From an uncultured delta proteobacterium (lineage in GTDB: Bacteria; Myxococcota_A; Polyangia; Palsa-1104), in assembly GCA_963785725.1 (NCBI GenBank), contig CAWAWS010000004.1:64001-128000 (forward strand): DNA of 64,000 nucleotides, given 5' to 3'. This document shows, one piece after another, positions 11,301 to 22,355 of the stretch. Below the pieces are notes generated by a model that was not told where the DNA came from, ran no database searches, and saw only the letters and a program-made list of their open reading frames with translations. Every line of letters begins with the position of its first letter. Within the stretch, counting starts at the first letter, position 1. The translations under genes were made by a program, and so were the position numbers.

Positions 11301-12670
11301 AGCGAATCCAGCATCACGCCCGCCGCTTTGACGCCCACCGCCGCCACATGCGCGTCGCCGATGAAGTCCTGCTCGTGCACCTGCACGACGAGCCGCCCGA
11401 CGTAATTGCCGGCGAACGCCAGCTTCGTGCCGGTGGCGTCGACGTTGGCGCCGATGCGCGGGCCCGACTTCGTGACGTTGGCCTTGGCGTGCAAGCTGCC
11501 CGCGATGCCCGTCAGGCCGAGCGCGCGCAGCTGCGACAGATCTTTGGCCGCGATATCGGCGGCGATCTGCCCGTTGCCGGCGAGCGTAAAGTGGCCGCTG
11601 GCGTTGACGTGCGCGCCCGCGACCGCCGCCACCAAGCGCTTCAGATCGATGTTGCCGTGCGTGCCTTTGCCTCCGCCGCTGGCGTCGAGCTGCACGTCAC
11701 CGCGCGGCGTGCCGACGACGGCCGCCACCGGGTCGATGCCGCGCGCCGCGACCGTCGCCTTCCACGTCAGCCGATCGAGATCGAAGCTCTCGCCGCCCGT
11801 GGCCAGCTGCGCGTCGACGTCGAGCGTGCCCGCCGGCGGCTTGGCGTGCACGACGATCGCGAGCTTCTCTGCCGGCCCATCGGCGTCGAGCTCGACCTGC
11901 CACTTGCCGCGCAACTTCACGTTCGGCGCCAGCTTACGCAGCTGCGCGCCGTCGGCATCGAGCAGCAGCTTCAGATCGTCCGCGGAAATGGCGCCGCCCT
12001 CGAGCTTCACGCCGCCCTTGACGTAGACCTGCGCCACGAGCGGCCGCGCCGTCTGCAGCGTCAACGTCTGCAGCGTGGCCGCGATCTTCCCGCCGTCGAT
12101 GCGCGCGTGCCCTTCGATATGCGCTTGCGCCGCGATATGGTCATAGGGCGCCTGCACGTTCGGCGCGTCATAGCGAGCGTCGATATCGGCCCACACGTGG
12201 CCGATCGCGATGACATAGGGCTTGGCATTCGGATCGGGCGGCGGCTCCGGCGTCGTCGACGGCTTGGCGATCGTCGCCACATTCAAGCGGCCGTCGCGCA
12301 ATGGGCGTAGCTGCACCCAACCGTGCTCCGCTTTGACCTCGGTCAGATCGATCGTGTGATGCGTAAGTCCTAATAAGTCGTAATGAACCGTCAACGCTGC
12401 CAGCTTCACGACCGGCTGATGCTCGATATCGTCGACCTCGACGTCATATAGCGTCAGCCCATGCGTGATATCGCCGCCGATATGACCAATCTTCAAATGA
12501 CCTGCGAGCTGATTCTGAATCTGCGGCAATGCAATCGAGAGGATCTTGCGATGTCCCCAATCGGTGCGCCCGACGACGATCACCGTCAACAGCACGGACA
12601 CGACCAAGAGAACAATCGATAGTAACGTCCAGCCAATGATCTTCGCGGTTATGCGCGCGGCTCGCCCCAT
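8321..12670 (-). CDS. tamB: TamB / AsmA-like translocation and assembly module protein
   Basis: About 1450 aa, N-terminal TM, beta-rich repeats, TamB-like C-terminus (RIEVGKYITD); overlaps the Omp85 stop codon. Confidence 0.8.
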   Translation of the reverse strand: MGRAARITAKIIGWTLLSIVLLVVSVLLTVIVVGRTDWGHRKILSIALPQIQNQLAGHLKIGHIGGDITHGLTLYDVEVDDIEHQPVVKLAALTVHYDLLGLTHHTIDLTEVKAEHGWVQLRPLRDGRLNVATIAKPSTTPEPPPDPNAKPYVIAIGHVWADIDARYDAPNVQAPYDHIAAQAHIEGHARIDGGKIAATLQTLTLQTARPLVAQVYVKGGVKLEGGAISADDLKLLLDADGAQLRKLAPNVKLRGKWQVELDADGPAEKLAIVVHAKPPAGTLDVDAQLATGGESFDLDRLTWKATVAARGIDPVAAVVGTPRGDVQLDASGGGKGTHGNIDLKRLVAAVAGAHVNASGHFTLAGNGQIAADIAAKDLSQLRALGLTGIAGSLHAKANVTKSGPRIGANVDATGTKLAFAGNYVGRLVVQVHEQDFIGDAHVAAVGVKAAGVMLDSLNVDASGTTKAVKLALAAHGPDEAWISLQAHGTPTVVRRNGGNAVTGADLTLDQLAVTRQQQKWATTKAATVRVHGGVVIDGLALASGAQTLSLSARYQLDGGALAAKVNARALDLHQLAQLAQPANRAAKVPKTNLNVDIDASGTSAQPVATIALSGYSERADQLGMPRIDAKVNVRYADDRAKGDLAVHAGSQSLKATLDVPAVMTGSRPLSLDLDVKDVALAQLKPLLPVAMAELDGKLDASIKARGTTDRPELTLDVHGRSVNLGQESPNDDLQLAIAYKNRALTAKLAATLMQAALGRNAGQLTAEVAVPIALTLGMKPAALRQQLEAHTPLTAKVKLAKLDMARFPFEALGMTPPFSKGELDGSLQLTGTLKQPLVAFDLEGHQLAAGRADKLEFALNGGYAKAKATLQLTASLRGSPIVQLKGEAPIDVERLLNHQPITATPIVVDGQIPGFDLATVKDLVPQLAGKLTAAVTVRGTIAKPTGKVDADIAQLTLGTMQYDKFAAHVVYDDAQAVAKIDAHEVKGGNLTVDATLPAAASQPIAATVRAKDFYIDLSNANLTNPRLVKGTLSAQIDAKGPRSAPNITGFVRFDNGQLALADDPRLYTNVKVDVEIAPGRVTLKDAEAKLGDGSVKANGWVVLAGLKPQSMDLRAYARKFPIAPGNVGTFLDADVHAQGSRSPDGMSGTITIEKGTARLPALADVAGRSLQSTGPLPDVKFTDPAALRQAAKDKKEADEAPTVALSAKIPGPFHIRGKELSTDLKGELGVDIAGATVRVRGRVEANAGWIELLSRRYNIEKLEIVLAGEVDPNPQLDIRLTRELSETILVIEVHGTAKKPQLVLSCDPPIYDQSEIIGAILSGDPAQQRTDDRSLDQKATGAISGLVVGKIKDQIAPNLPIDVIKVDTGGSNSSDSSGLGDTRIEVGKYITDTIYVSYVHQFGSTTIGTQRLNSNEADLEWRFKKRYELETAFGDAAVGRVNLYWTVRF

Positions 12671-14718
12671 CAAAAGCTCTCTCCAATGGAGATATGGAAT
12701 GCGACACGCGAGCCAGGATCGGGATTGGGTCGACCGTCACTCTCACACGGCGTCGTGCGATTGACGCGCACGCCGATATCGGCGCGAATCGTGCCAATGA
12801 TCGTGTGATATCGCAGCCCGCCACCGACGGCGACGTGGGGATTGGTCAGATCGACCGTCGTCGAAAGCTTGGGCGTCTGTCCGTTTTGGCAGATGCCACC
12901 GGGATCATAAGACTTCGGCGATAAGACCGTGATCAGGCTGGCGCCTTGTGTCGACGGCGCGGCGACGTCGCCGGCGTCGGCGAACGCGGTAAAGCCGAGC
13001 CAGTTATTGAACAGTCGATAGACGTCGACGCGCAGCTCGGCGGAGAACAACACGAATTGATCGCCGCCAATGGGTAACGTCGGCGCGCCGGCATAACCGA
13101 GCGGCACTTGAATCGACATGCGATCGTAATTGAAACCGCGATGTGAATTGGGACCGCCGAGATAAAAGCGCCGCGTAATCGGCGAGCCGTCATTGCCCTG
13201 CTCGAACATTTGTCCGAATTCGCCGCGTGCCGCGAGCGTCACGCGCTTACCGAGCGGCGCATAGAGTCGCAACTCCGGCTGCACCTTTTCATACGTAAAT
13301 GCGCCGCCGGCGTAGGTCCCGCCTTCTTCGATCAGGGTCGCGAAGTAGCCGCCCCAATGCGGATCTTGTGGCTTATTACGCAGATCGATCGTGATGTCCT
13401 CTTGCCACCACGCGACGCGATAAGGATTCGTATAGCCGTACAATTGCGCGGCCGCGTGCGGATCTTCGGTCAGCGCCGGAACGGTATTGAAGAACAACAG
13501 GTAATTGAAGTTGTAGCTCAGCGCCAACGTGATTCGGTTATGCCATAAGGGTCGAATGATACCGATACTCGTTCGCGGGCCGTGATATTGGTAACCGTAA
13601 TCGATACCGACGTCGTATCCGACCGTCCATTTGAGCTCGAAGTTGCGTAAGACGAAGTCGGGCTGGCTGAACGTCGCGTTCGCGCGCAGCGACGGGCCGT
13701 TCGTCGGGCCATTTTGCGGCGCGCCGATCGACGCCTGATTGACCAGCAAGACCCAGCCGGGCTCGAGGCGCAGCTTGAGCGTGCGCAGGCCGCCCAAGAA
13801 GCTGTGCTTGGTATATTCGGCCGAGAAATGGGCGTCGTAACGCGTCGATTCGAAATCGAAACCGACGCCGAGTCGCAGCTCGCGGAACTTGCCTTCGTGC
13901 ACGGTGATGACGACGTCGGCGACTTCGGGATGCTCGGCGTCGTGGTCGTACTCGACCTTGACCGAGCCGAACGCGCCGGTGTTGTAGATGCGACCGCGCG
14001 CGTCTTCGAGTAGATCGGGCGAGAACTTGGCGCCTTTGTCGATCTGCGCGCGCGCCAAGATGAGCCGCGGATCGATCGTGTCGTAGCCGCGCACGTAGAC
14101 CGAGCCCATCGTCGCGCGCGGGCCGGCCGAGACGTTGAAGATGACGTCGGCCGTGCGTTTGTCGCGATTGACGTCGACCTCGCCGGTGACCGTTCCCCAG
14201 GCGAAGCCAATGCGCTGCAGCCGCGTCTCGCCGATGGCTTTGCGCTCGAGGTAGCGGTCGTGCACGAAGACGCTGCCGTGACGAAACGGCTTCTCGAGCA
14301 TTTTCTGCAGCGCCGCGCCCTCTTTTTCGCTTAGCGGCTCGAGGCCGTGCACGACCACTTTGTCGATGACCGTCGGCGGCCCTTCGTCGACGACGAGCTT
14401 GACGTCGACCGACTTGCCGTCTTTGCCGCGCGGCGTGACCGTCGCCTCGGTGACGTGCGCGAAGAAGTAGCCGTGCGCCGCGTAATAAGCCTCGACGCGC
14501 TTGCGATCGATGTCGACGGTAAATGGGTCGAGATAGTGCTTGGGCGACAGCGGAATCCAGCTCGTCGCCTGCAGCGCGATCTTGTCTTTGAGGTCGCCTT
14601 TGTTGACGTGCTTCACGCCGTCTATGTAAATTTTGTGCACCCAAGGACGCCCATTGGGCTTCTCCGCTGCGCACCCGACGAGGGTCAACAGTGGAAGCAA
14701 CAGTCGAACGGGGCGCAT
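12670..14718 (-). CDS. BamA/TamA (Omp85) family outer-membrane protein
   Basis: Lipobox LVGC, POTRA-like repeats, RFYLGGPNSHRGF, C-terminal ISIGESF. Confidence 0.88.
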   Translation of the reverse strand: MRPVRLLLPLLTLVGCAAEKPNGRPWVHKIYIDGVKHVNKGDLKDKIALQATSWIPLSPKHYLDPFTVDIDRKRVEAYYAAHGYFFAHVTEATVTPRGKDGKSVDVKLVVDEGPPTVIDKVVVHGLEPLSEKEGAALQKMLEKPFRHGSVFVHDRYLERKAIGETRLQRIGFAWGTVTGEVDVNRDKRTADVIFNVSAGPRATMGSVYVRGYDTIDPRLILARAQIDKGAKFSPDLLEDARGRIYNTGAFGSVKVEYDHDAEHPEVADVVITVHEGKFRELRLGVGFDFESTRYDAHFSAEYTKHSFLGGLRTLKLRLEPGWVLLVNQASIGAPQNGPTNGPSLRANATFSQPDFVLRNFELKWTVGYDVGIDYGYQYHGPRTSIGIIRPLWHNRITLALSYNFNYLLFFNTVPALTEDPHAAAQLYGYTNPYRVAWWQEDITIDLRNKPQDPHWGGYFATLIEEGGTYAGGAFTYEKVQPELRLYAPLGKRVTLAARGEFGQMFEQGNDGSPITRRFYLGGPNSHRGFNYDRMSIQVPLGYAGAPTLPIGGDQFVLFSAELRVDVYRLFNNWLGFTAFADAGDVAAPSTQGASLITVLSPKSYDPGGICQNGQTPKLSTTVDLTNPHVAVGGGLRYHTIIGTIRADIGVRVNRTTPCESDGRPNPDPGSRVAFHISIGESF

Positions 14719-14732
14719 GGGCGCTGCGGTGG

Positions 14733-14748
14733 TGCAGGCGACGTGCCG
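14733..14748 (-). promoter_or_regulatory. Sigma54 -24/-12 motif CGGCACGTCGCCTGCA
   Basis: GG-N10-GC; -12 C lies 16 nt before ATG 14718. Confidence 0.6.
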
Positions 14749-14852
14749 ACTGTCGCGTGGGAAAACGCTAGGTCACGGCTCGCGAATGCGACGAAAGTCG
14801 AGGTCGCGGCGATGCGGCGCGCGCCGCAAAAAGTTGCTACCCGACTGCCCCT

Positions 14853-15377
14853 TCAAATCCCAAACGGCGCCGGCAACGACCGCCGCGCATTCCGCAGCGC
14901 CTCCCGCGCCCGATCCGGATGCTCATTCTCCCACGTCTCGATGAGCCGCCACGGATCCGGCATGCGCGGCAACAACGCCGCCAGCGTCTGCGCCGCCGCG
15001 TGCCGCACGCGCCGACTCGGGTCGCACGTCAAGAGCAGCAGCAACTCCTCGACGCGGTCGGGATAAATCTGGACGAAGCTGGCCAGGTTCTTGGCCGCCT
15101 CCACGCGCACGTCGACGCGACTGTCGGTCGTCAGCCGCGCCAACAGCCGCACCGTCGCGAACGGAACCGACACGGCGAGCTGCGGAACGGCTGCGAACAG
15201 ATCGCGCAGCGACTGCGGCGCCAGCCGCGCCAGGTCGAAGGACTCGCCGAACTCCGCCGCGCACAACGCCTTGGTGATGTCGGGCGACGGGAATTCAGCT
15301 ACGTATGCGGTTGCGCGCCAAAGCGCCATGCCTTCATCCTTCGCAAAGGTGAGGCCAAGCGGGCGAGGCGCCTTCAC
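14853..15377 (-). CDS. HEAT-repeat protein (alternative start 15329)
   Basis: LTTDSRVDVRVEAAKNL and LTCDPSRRVRHAAAQTL repeats. Confidence 0.65.
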   Translation of the reverse strand: MKAPRPLGLTFAKDEGMALWRATAYVAEFPSPDITKALCAAEFGESFDLARLAPQSLRDLFAAVPQLAVSVPFATVRLLARLTTDSRVDVRVEAAKNLASFVQIYPDRVEELLLLLTCDPSRRVRHAAAQTLAALLPRMPDPWRLIETWENEHPDRAREALRNARRSLPAPFGI

Positions 15378-15455
15378 GTCGGTTTTCCGCGAGCCGATCG
15401 AACCGCGCTAGGCCAAAAGTGGAACTACAACGCCGTTCGCCGGCGCCGAGGAACT

Positions 15456-16993
15456 TTAGTTCCCATGCGGGCCGTGCTTCATCGGCGGGTCGTACTTGCC
15501 GTTGCCGTCGACGTCGAGGAACACCGGGTTCGTCAGCGCCAGCGGCCGCACGTCGAAGCGCTTGCGGTCCCCGACCACCGGCGCCATCGGCTCGTCGCCG
15601 TCGGCACGCACGACGACCCAGCCGTCGCGCGGCAACACCACGTCGAGCTTCTCGCTGAAGCGTCGCGGCTCGATGGACTTAGGCACCGCCCAACGCTTTG
15701 CCTCCTTGCCGTCCACGTACAAAATCACCGTCGACACCGTTATCCATGGCGCCGCGCGCACTTCGATCTCCGCCGTCGCCTTGCCGCCGCGCGCCGGCAC
15801 GGTGTCGCCGATGCCGCCGCCGTTGACCTTGAGCGCGATGAACGGCCCGGTCGTGAACTCGACGTGGTGCCCCTTGACCGAACGCGGCACCTCGTCGGCG
15901 TCGCGCAGCTTCTGCGGCGCGTCCTCCTGCACGCGCACGTAGTTGCGCGGGTAGCCGCCGATGTTGTGATCGAGGTGATGCGTGTCCGAATTGCCCGTCG
16001 CCGTCACGATGTGGCCGTGCGTCGAGCAGCGAGAACCAATCGTCGATCACGCGGTCGACCGTGCGCCGATCCGAATCTTGATAGCCGTTGAGGACTTCCA
16101 TCGCGTCGAAGTCGAACGAGAACCCCGGCCGCGTCGCCACGTCATTGCGCGCGTCGAAGCCTGCAATGTTGAAGTAGCCGATCTCGCTGTCGATGCGCGG
16201 GTGGTGCACGTCGATGACCGCGGTCGGCGCGTGCGTGCGCACGTCGCCGAAGAAGTCTTTGGGCCCGCGGCCGTGCACGAGCACGGCGCCTTGCCCGACG
16301 CGACTCCAGATCGTGCGGCAGCGGAAACGCGCCGAAGTGCCCCCAACCGTTCGTCGTCAGCTCGTCGCCGGTCAAGCTGGTCAAGTAGCGCCCGACGCCG
16401 AGCTCCTCGATGACCGGCGCATAATTGGACACGACGTTGTGATCGGTCGACGTGATGAGCTCGACGCCGTCGGCCACGAACTCGAACACGCGATCGTGCA
16501 TCGGCACGTGCGAATCCGACGAATGCGACGCGTGCACGTGAAAGTCGGCCGAGATGAACCCGGCGGTGTCGACGACGTGCTTGAGCTTGCCGCTGATGCT
16601 AGTCGTCTTGCCTGGCGTAATCTTGACCTTGCGCGAAATCGCCAGCGTCCACTCGGGTCCGCGGCTGATGTAGATGTCGTAGCTGCCCGTCGGCACGTGC
16701 ACCACGCCCGCGCCCGCAATGCTGAGCACGCGATCGTAGGCGAGCACGCTGCCGTCGCCGTCTTGGCGGCCGATGTCGTTCTTGGTGAACTGCGGATCGG
16801 GCGTGCCGTCGACGCCGACGAGCGTCAGCTTGCACGGAATGAGCGCGTTGCCGTCCACGTCGCGCACGTCGTAGGCGAGGCCGCCTTCCGACGGCAGCGA
16901 CGGCGGCGGCGGTGGCGCCGACTGCGCGCGCCGCGCGACGACGCCGATGGACACGAGCAGGATGACGAAGGCGACGGGCAAGTAGGCTTTCAC
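15456..16993 (-). CDS. CehA/McbA-type PHP metallohydrolase; frameshifts near 16300 and 16020
   Basis: DFHVHASHSSDS, STDHN, GHFGAFP, HHPR and TATGNSDTH motifs spread over three frames. Confidence 0.8.
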
Positions 16994-17038
16994 GCGGGCA
17001 GCATATCCCACCGCCGACCGCGTCGCGAATGTCGGCCG

Positions 17039-17314
17039 TTAACCGTGCTCGTCGATGCTCCAGGCGTGCTGATTGGCGGGATGGGTCGCGTCCGCCAAAT
17101 GCGGAAAGCGCAGATAGCCCTGCAGCTCCAACGTCTCGACCAGCTCCTCGGCGAGCGACTCCGAGCAGCCCAGCTGCTCTTCCAGCGCGTCGCGCATGAG
17201 CGTCTTGCCGCGCAGGTAGCCGGCAAAAAGATGACGCCCGAGGCGACGACGCAAAGCCGCCGCGAGCAGAGCCAGGTCGAGCTGTTCGACGGAGGGTTCC
17301 ACGTTGACTGCCAT
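17039..17314 (-). CDS. Small hypothetical protein (start may be GTG 17302)
   Basis: GYLRGKTLMRDAL..LGCSESLAEELVETLELQGYLRF; protein-like composition. Confidence 0.65.
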   Translation of the reverse strand: MAVNVEPSVEQLDLALLAAALRRRLGRHLFAGYLRGKTLMRDALEEQLGCSESLAEELVETLELQGYLRFPHLADATHPANQHAWSIDEHG

Positions 17315-17330
17315 TGCACCGCGCGTACCA
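17315..17330 (-). promoter_or_regulatory. Sigma54 -24/-12 motif TGGTACGCGCGGTGCA
   Basis: GG-N10-GC; 14 nt before GTG 17302. Confidence 0.6.
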
Positions 17331-17372
17331 CGACGCACGCGTCGCTCGCGCGCTAAGTATACAGCTGTTTAC

Positions 17373-17852
17373 TTACGCGTTCGCCAGCGCCGATGGCAAC
17401 GCCTGCCGCAGCGGCTGCACGATCTCGCCGCGCGGCCCGATGGCCCCGAGCGTGATGCCGTAGACGAGGTGCACCGGCAGCGCCAGCGCCGCCAAGCCCG
17501 GCTCGTGACCGGCGACGAAGCCGAGCCCCAGCGCCGGCGCGTACACGGCCACGGCCACGCCCCACAACGTCAAACCGAAGAAGATGCCGCTGACGACGGA
17601 GATGCGCGCCACGGCCGTCGCGTAGATCGCACCCGCGAGCGCGCCGTAGCCGAAGTGAACGACGAGCGCCAACGCCAACCACAGCGGCCGCTCGCGCAGC
17701 CACGCCGTCGAGCGCGCGCTGACCTCTTGCGCGTGCGCGCCGGCGAGCAGCGGCGCGGCCGCCATCAGCGTCGTCATGACCGCCGTCGCAATCGCGCCCG
17801 CCGCGACTCCCGACCCGATCTTGCGGCGCTGCTCGTCGGCTTCGTTTCGCAT
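17373..17852 (-). CDS. Four-TM membrane protein (DUF6789-like)
   Basis: AGAIATAVMT, HFGYGALAG, HLVYGITLG. Confidence 0.7.
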   Translation of the reverse strand: MRNEADEQRRKIGSGVAAGAIATAVMTTLMAAAPLLAGAHAQEVSARSTAWLRERPLWLALALVVHFGYGALAGAIYATAVARISVVSGIFFGLTLWGVAVAVYAPALGLGFVAGHEPGLAALALPVHLVYGITLGAIGPRGEIVQPLRQALPSALANA

Positions 17853-17864
17853 GCTCGAATGCAG

Positions 17865-17880
17865 AGCAACTCCCATTCCA
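17865..17880 (-). promoter_or_regulatory. Sigma54 -24/-12 motif TGGAATGGGAGTTGCT
   Basis: GG-N10-GC with TTGC; 14 nt before ATG 17852. Confidence 0.65.
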
Positions 17881-18032
17881 CCGTCGGCGGAGGACGAGAA
17901 GGTGAAGGTTGTCGCGCGCCTGAGCATCATCGGGTGGCGAGAGGCAGGAAAAGGCCGTAGCGAGGGCAAAGTCAGCGGCGAACGCAAAGCGTGCAAGGAA
18001 AACGAGGTGCGAAAGCGGAAGTGACGCGTGTA

Positions 18033-19916
18033 TTAGTGGCGCAGCTGGGCCCAGTTCTGCTCGTCGCCGCCTTGCAGCTGCGGCGGCGCTTCGGCGCCTT
18101 CGAGCGTCACGCGCAGCTCGTCGCCTTCGATGACCTCCTTCTCGCGCAGCTTCGCCGCCAACGCCAACAGCTGCGAGCGATTGTGCTCGAGCAGCGCCAC
18201 GGCGCGATCGAACGCGCGCCGCAGCAGCTCGCCCACCTCTTGGTCGATCATCTGCTGCGTCCGCTCCGAGTACCCACGCTCGGCGGCGCCGAAGAAGCGA
18301 CCTTCGCCGCCGCTCAAATGCGCGATCGACTGCGGCCCGAGCACGCCCGACATGCCGAACTGCGCGATCATGCGCCGCGCCAGATCGGTCGCACGCTCGA
18401 GATCGTCCGTCGCGCCGGTCGAGGTCTCGTTGAACACGACCTTCTCCGCCGCGCGACCGCCCATCAACACCGTGATCTTGTCGAGCAGCTCGGGCCGCGT
18501 CATCAAGTAGCGATCTTCGAGCGGCAGCTGCATCGTGTAGCCGAGCGCGCCCAAGCCGCGCGGGATCATCGACACCTTGTGCACGCGGTCGGTCGTCGGC
18601 AGAATCTCGGCGAGCAGCGCGTGCCCGCTCTCGTGATGCGCGACGATCTCCTTCTCGCGCGGATTCAACAGTCGATTCTTCTTCTCGAGACCAGCGATCG
18701 ACCGCTCGATCGCCTCGTTGAGCTCCGACGGCGTCACCGCGTCTTTGTTGCGCCGCGCCGCCAACAGCGCCGCCTCGTTGATGAGGTTCGCCAAGTCCGC
18801 GCCCGCCATGCCCGGCGTCAGCGCCGCGATGCGCTTCAAGTCGACGTCGGCGGCGAACGTCACGCCTTTGGCGTGCACGCGCAGAATCGCCTCGCGCCCT
18901 TTGACGTCCGGCTTGTCGACGAGCACCTGGCGATCGAAGCGACCGGGCCGCATCAACGCCGAGTCGAGCGTCTCCGGCCGATTGGTCGCCGCCATGATGA
19001 TGAGCCCTTTGCGCGCGTCGAACCCGTCCATCTCCGACAGCAGCTGATTGAGCGTCTGCTCGCGCTCGTCGTGCCCGGCCATGTTGCCGGCGCCGCGCGC
19101 CTTACCGACCGCGTCCAGCTCGTCGATGAACACGATGCAGGGCGCCTTTTGCTGCGCCTGTTGAAACAGATCGCGCACGCGCGCCGCGCCCACGCCCACG
19201 AACATCTCCACGAAATCCGAGCCGGTGAGCGAGAAAAACGGCACGTGCGCTTCGCCCGCGACCGCGCGCGCCAACAGCGTCTTGCCGGTGCCGGGTGGCC
19301 CAACGAGCAAGACGCCCTTGGGAATTCGTGCGCCCAGTTTGCGGAACTTCTCCGGCTGCGAGAGGAAGTCGACGATCTCGCGCAGCTCGTCTTTTGCTTC
19401 GTCGACGCCGGCGACATCGCCGAACGTGACCCCGGTTCCTTCCTCGGCCATCAGCTTCGCTTTGGCGCGGCCGATCGACATCATTCCCGCGCCCGGCTTC
19501 ATGCGGCGCAGCACCAGCAGCCAAAAACCGGCCAGCAGTAACATCGGCAGCACCCAAACGACGAACAGCGACGAGACCCAATCCCCGTCTTGCATGCCCG
19601 TGAAGCTGATCTTCTTCGCCTCCAGCTGCTTCGTCAGATCGGGATCGTCCACGCGCTGCGTAACCCAGCGTTCGCCCTTCTTCTTCGCGGTGGCGTCGGC
19701 CGGCGTGGCGCGAATGCGCTCCTTGCCGATCTCCACTTCCGCGATCTGATTCGCCTCCAGCTTGGTCTTGAAGTCGCTGTACGAGATGCGATTTCCCGAC
19801 GGTCCCGAGCGCGAAAACAGCATCGCCGCGAACAGGCCGAGCAGCACATAGATGAGCCACGTACGCTTGGGGGTTTCACTGCTCGGCGCCCGTGGCGTGG
19901 GCGAATCAATAGGCAT
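18033..19916 (-). CDS. ftsH: ATP-dependent zinc metalloprotease FtsH
   Basis: Two TMs, [26 protein letters not shown] zinc motif. Confidence 0.95.
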   Translation of the reverse strand: MPIDSPTPRAPSSETPKRTWLIYVLLGLFAAMLFSRSGPSGNRISYSDFKTKLEANQIAEVEIGKERIRATPADATAKKKGERWVTQRVDDPDLTKQLEAKKISFTGMQDGDWVSSLFVVWVLPMLLLAGFWLLVLRRMKPGAGMMSIGRAKAKLMAEEGTGVTFGDVAGVDEAKDELREIVDFLSQPEKFRKLGARIPKGVLLVGPPGTGKTLLARAVAGEAHVPFFSLTGSDFVEMFVGVGAARVRDLFQQAQQKAPCIVFIDELDAVGKARGAGNMAGHDEREQTLNQLLSEMDGFDARKGLIIMAATNRPETLDSALMRPGRFDRQVLVDKPDVKGREAILRVHAKGVTFAADVDLKRIAALTPGMAGADLANLINEAALLAARRNKDAVTPSELNEAIERSIAGLEKKNRLLNPREKEIVAHHESGHALLAEILPTTDRVHKVSMIPRGLGALGYTMQLPLEDRYLMTRPELLDKITVLMGGRAAEKVVFNETSTGATDDLERATDLARRMIAQFGMSGVLGPQSIAHLSGGEGRFFGAAERGYSERTQQMIDQEVGELLRRAFDRAVALLEHNRSQLLALAAKLREKEVIEGDELRVTLEGAEAPPQLQGGDEQNWAQLRH

Positions 19917-19991
19917 CGAATCTGTCTGGCCTCCTCTCGCCTGACAGAACCAAGATGCGTGCCGTAGCGCAAAAACGCCGCGAATCGGCCT

Positions 19992-20007
19992 CGGCACATG
20001 CGTTGCT
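19992..20007 (+). promoter_or_regulatory. Sigma54 -24/-12 motif CGGCACATGCGTTGCT (imperfect divergent motif at 19949-19964 before ftsH)
   Basis: Near-consensus GGCAC..TTGC. Confidence 0.7.
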
Positions 20008-20033
20008 TAACAACAGGGTGGGAGGCAAGGCCA

Positions 20034-20405
20034 TTGATTACGCTCTTCGTATTGGATGATGATCCGGAGCAGGCGGAGCTGATGGCTCAAGCGCTCACCG
20101 GCCGAGGTCGGCGCGTGCGCGCGTTTTCCGATCCGATTCGCGCGCTCGCCGCGCTCTCGCTCGACGGCGCCGATCTGCTCATCGCCGATCTGTCGATGCC
20201 GTGGATCGACGGCAAGGATGTCGTCACCTCGTCGCGCATCCGCAAGCCGGAGCTCAAGATCTTCCTGGTCTCGGGCTATCCGCGCGGCGCCGAGATCGCG
20301 GCCGAGGAGGGCGTGCCCTTCTTCGCCAAGCCGATAGATCTCAACGCATTGCGTGCGGCCGTCGACTCGGCGCTGGCCGTCGAGAATCGGGCGTTGATGA
20401 GCTGA
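20034..20405 (+). CDS. Stand-alone receiver-domain protein
   Basis: GGAGG RBS and TTG start; FVLDDD, DLSMP, FAKP. Confidence 0.85.
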   Translation: MITLFVLDDDPEQAELMAQALTGRGRRVRAFSDPIRALAALSLDGADLLIADLSMPWIDGKDVVTSSRIRKPELKIFLVSGYPRGAEIAAEEGVPFFAKPIDLNALRAAVDSALAVENRALMS

Positions 20406-20759
20406 GCGGACGATAAATCGCGCGCACCGGGCCGAATGTGTACAGCGCGGAAATCGCGTGCACAAACGATACATAGCGCTCGTGCGTGTGGGATAAGCCG
20501 AAATGGCTCCGCTGAATCAGTAATCAGCGACTTTTCGGCAGTCGCGCTGCCTGTGGAACGATCGCCGCACGCGCGCGCCGATCGTAACGGCACGCGCGAC
20601 TCGACTTCGAGCGGTATTTTGCCGAGGCCGCGTTCAGGCCGCAGCGCGACGACGCACCAATATCGTTCGTATTCCGAAGCGCGCAACGAGCTGAGGGAGG
20701 GAGCGGTCGAACGCTACGGCGGCTGCGAAAAGCTCCGGTCGCCAATCGAGGAGAGTCGC

Positions 20760-22142
<1,383 letters not shown>

Positions 22143-22167
22143 TTCAAGCCTCCGCGCCGCCGGTAAT

Positions 22168-22183
22168 AGCAGGGCGTATGCCA
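22168..22183 (-). promoter_or_regulatory. Sigma54 -24/-12 motif TGGCATACGCCCTGCT
   Basis: GG-N10-GC upstream of 22142. Confidence 0.7.
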
Positions 22184-22326
22184 CTCCGACGAGCAGGCGG
22201 TCGATCGTCTCAAACCAACGAAATTGCATATATTTCAATTTCGAAGCGACGTCGTCGCCGCGACCCGGCTGTACACCACGTGCACAGCGATCTTTTTGCT
22301 TTTGTCGGGGCTTTGCCCGTCCGAAT

Positions 22327-22342
22327 CGGCACGAGCGCTGCA
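22327..22342 (+). promoter_or_regulatory. Sigma54 -24/-12 motif CGGCACGAGCGCTGCA
   Basis: 15 nt before ATG 22356. Confidence 0.7.
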
Positions 22343-22355
22343 CGACCACTAAAGA

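Noticed and set aside
8090..12310. Long Arg-rich antisense or alternate-frame ORFs here and elsewhere
   Set aside because: Shadow ORFs expected from high GC3 codon bias.
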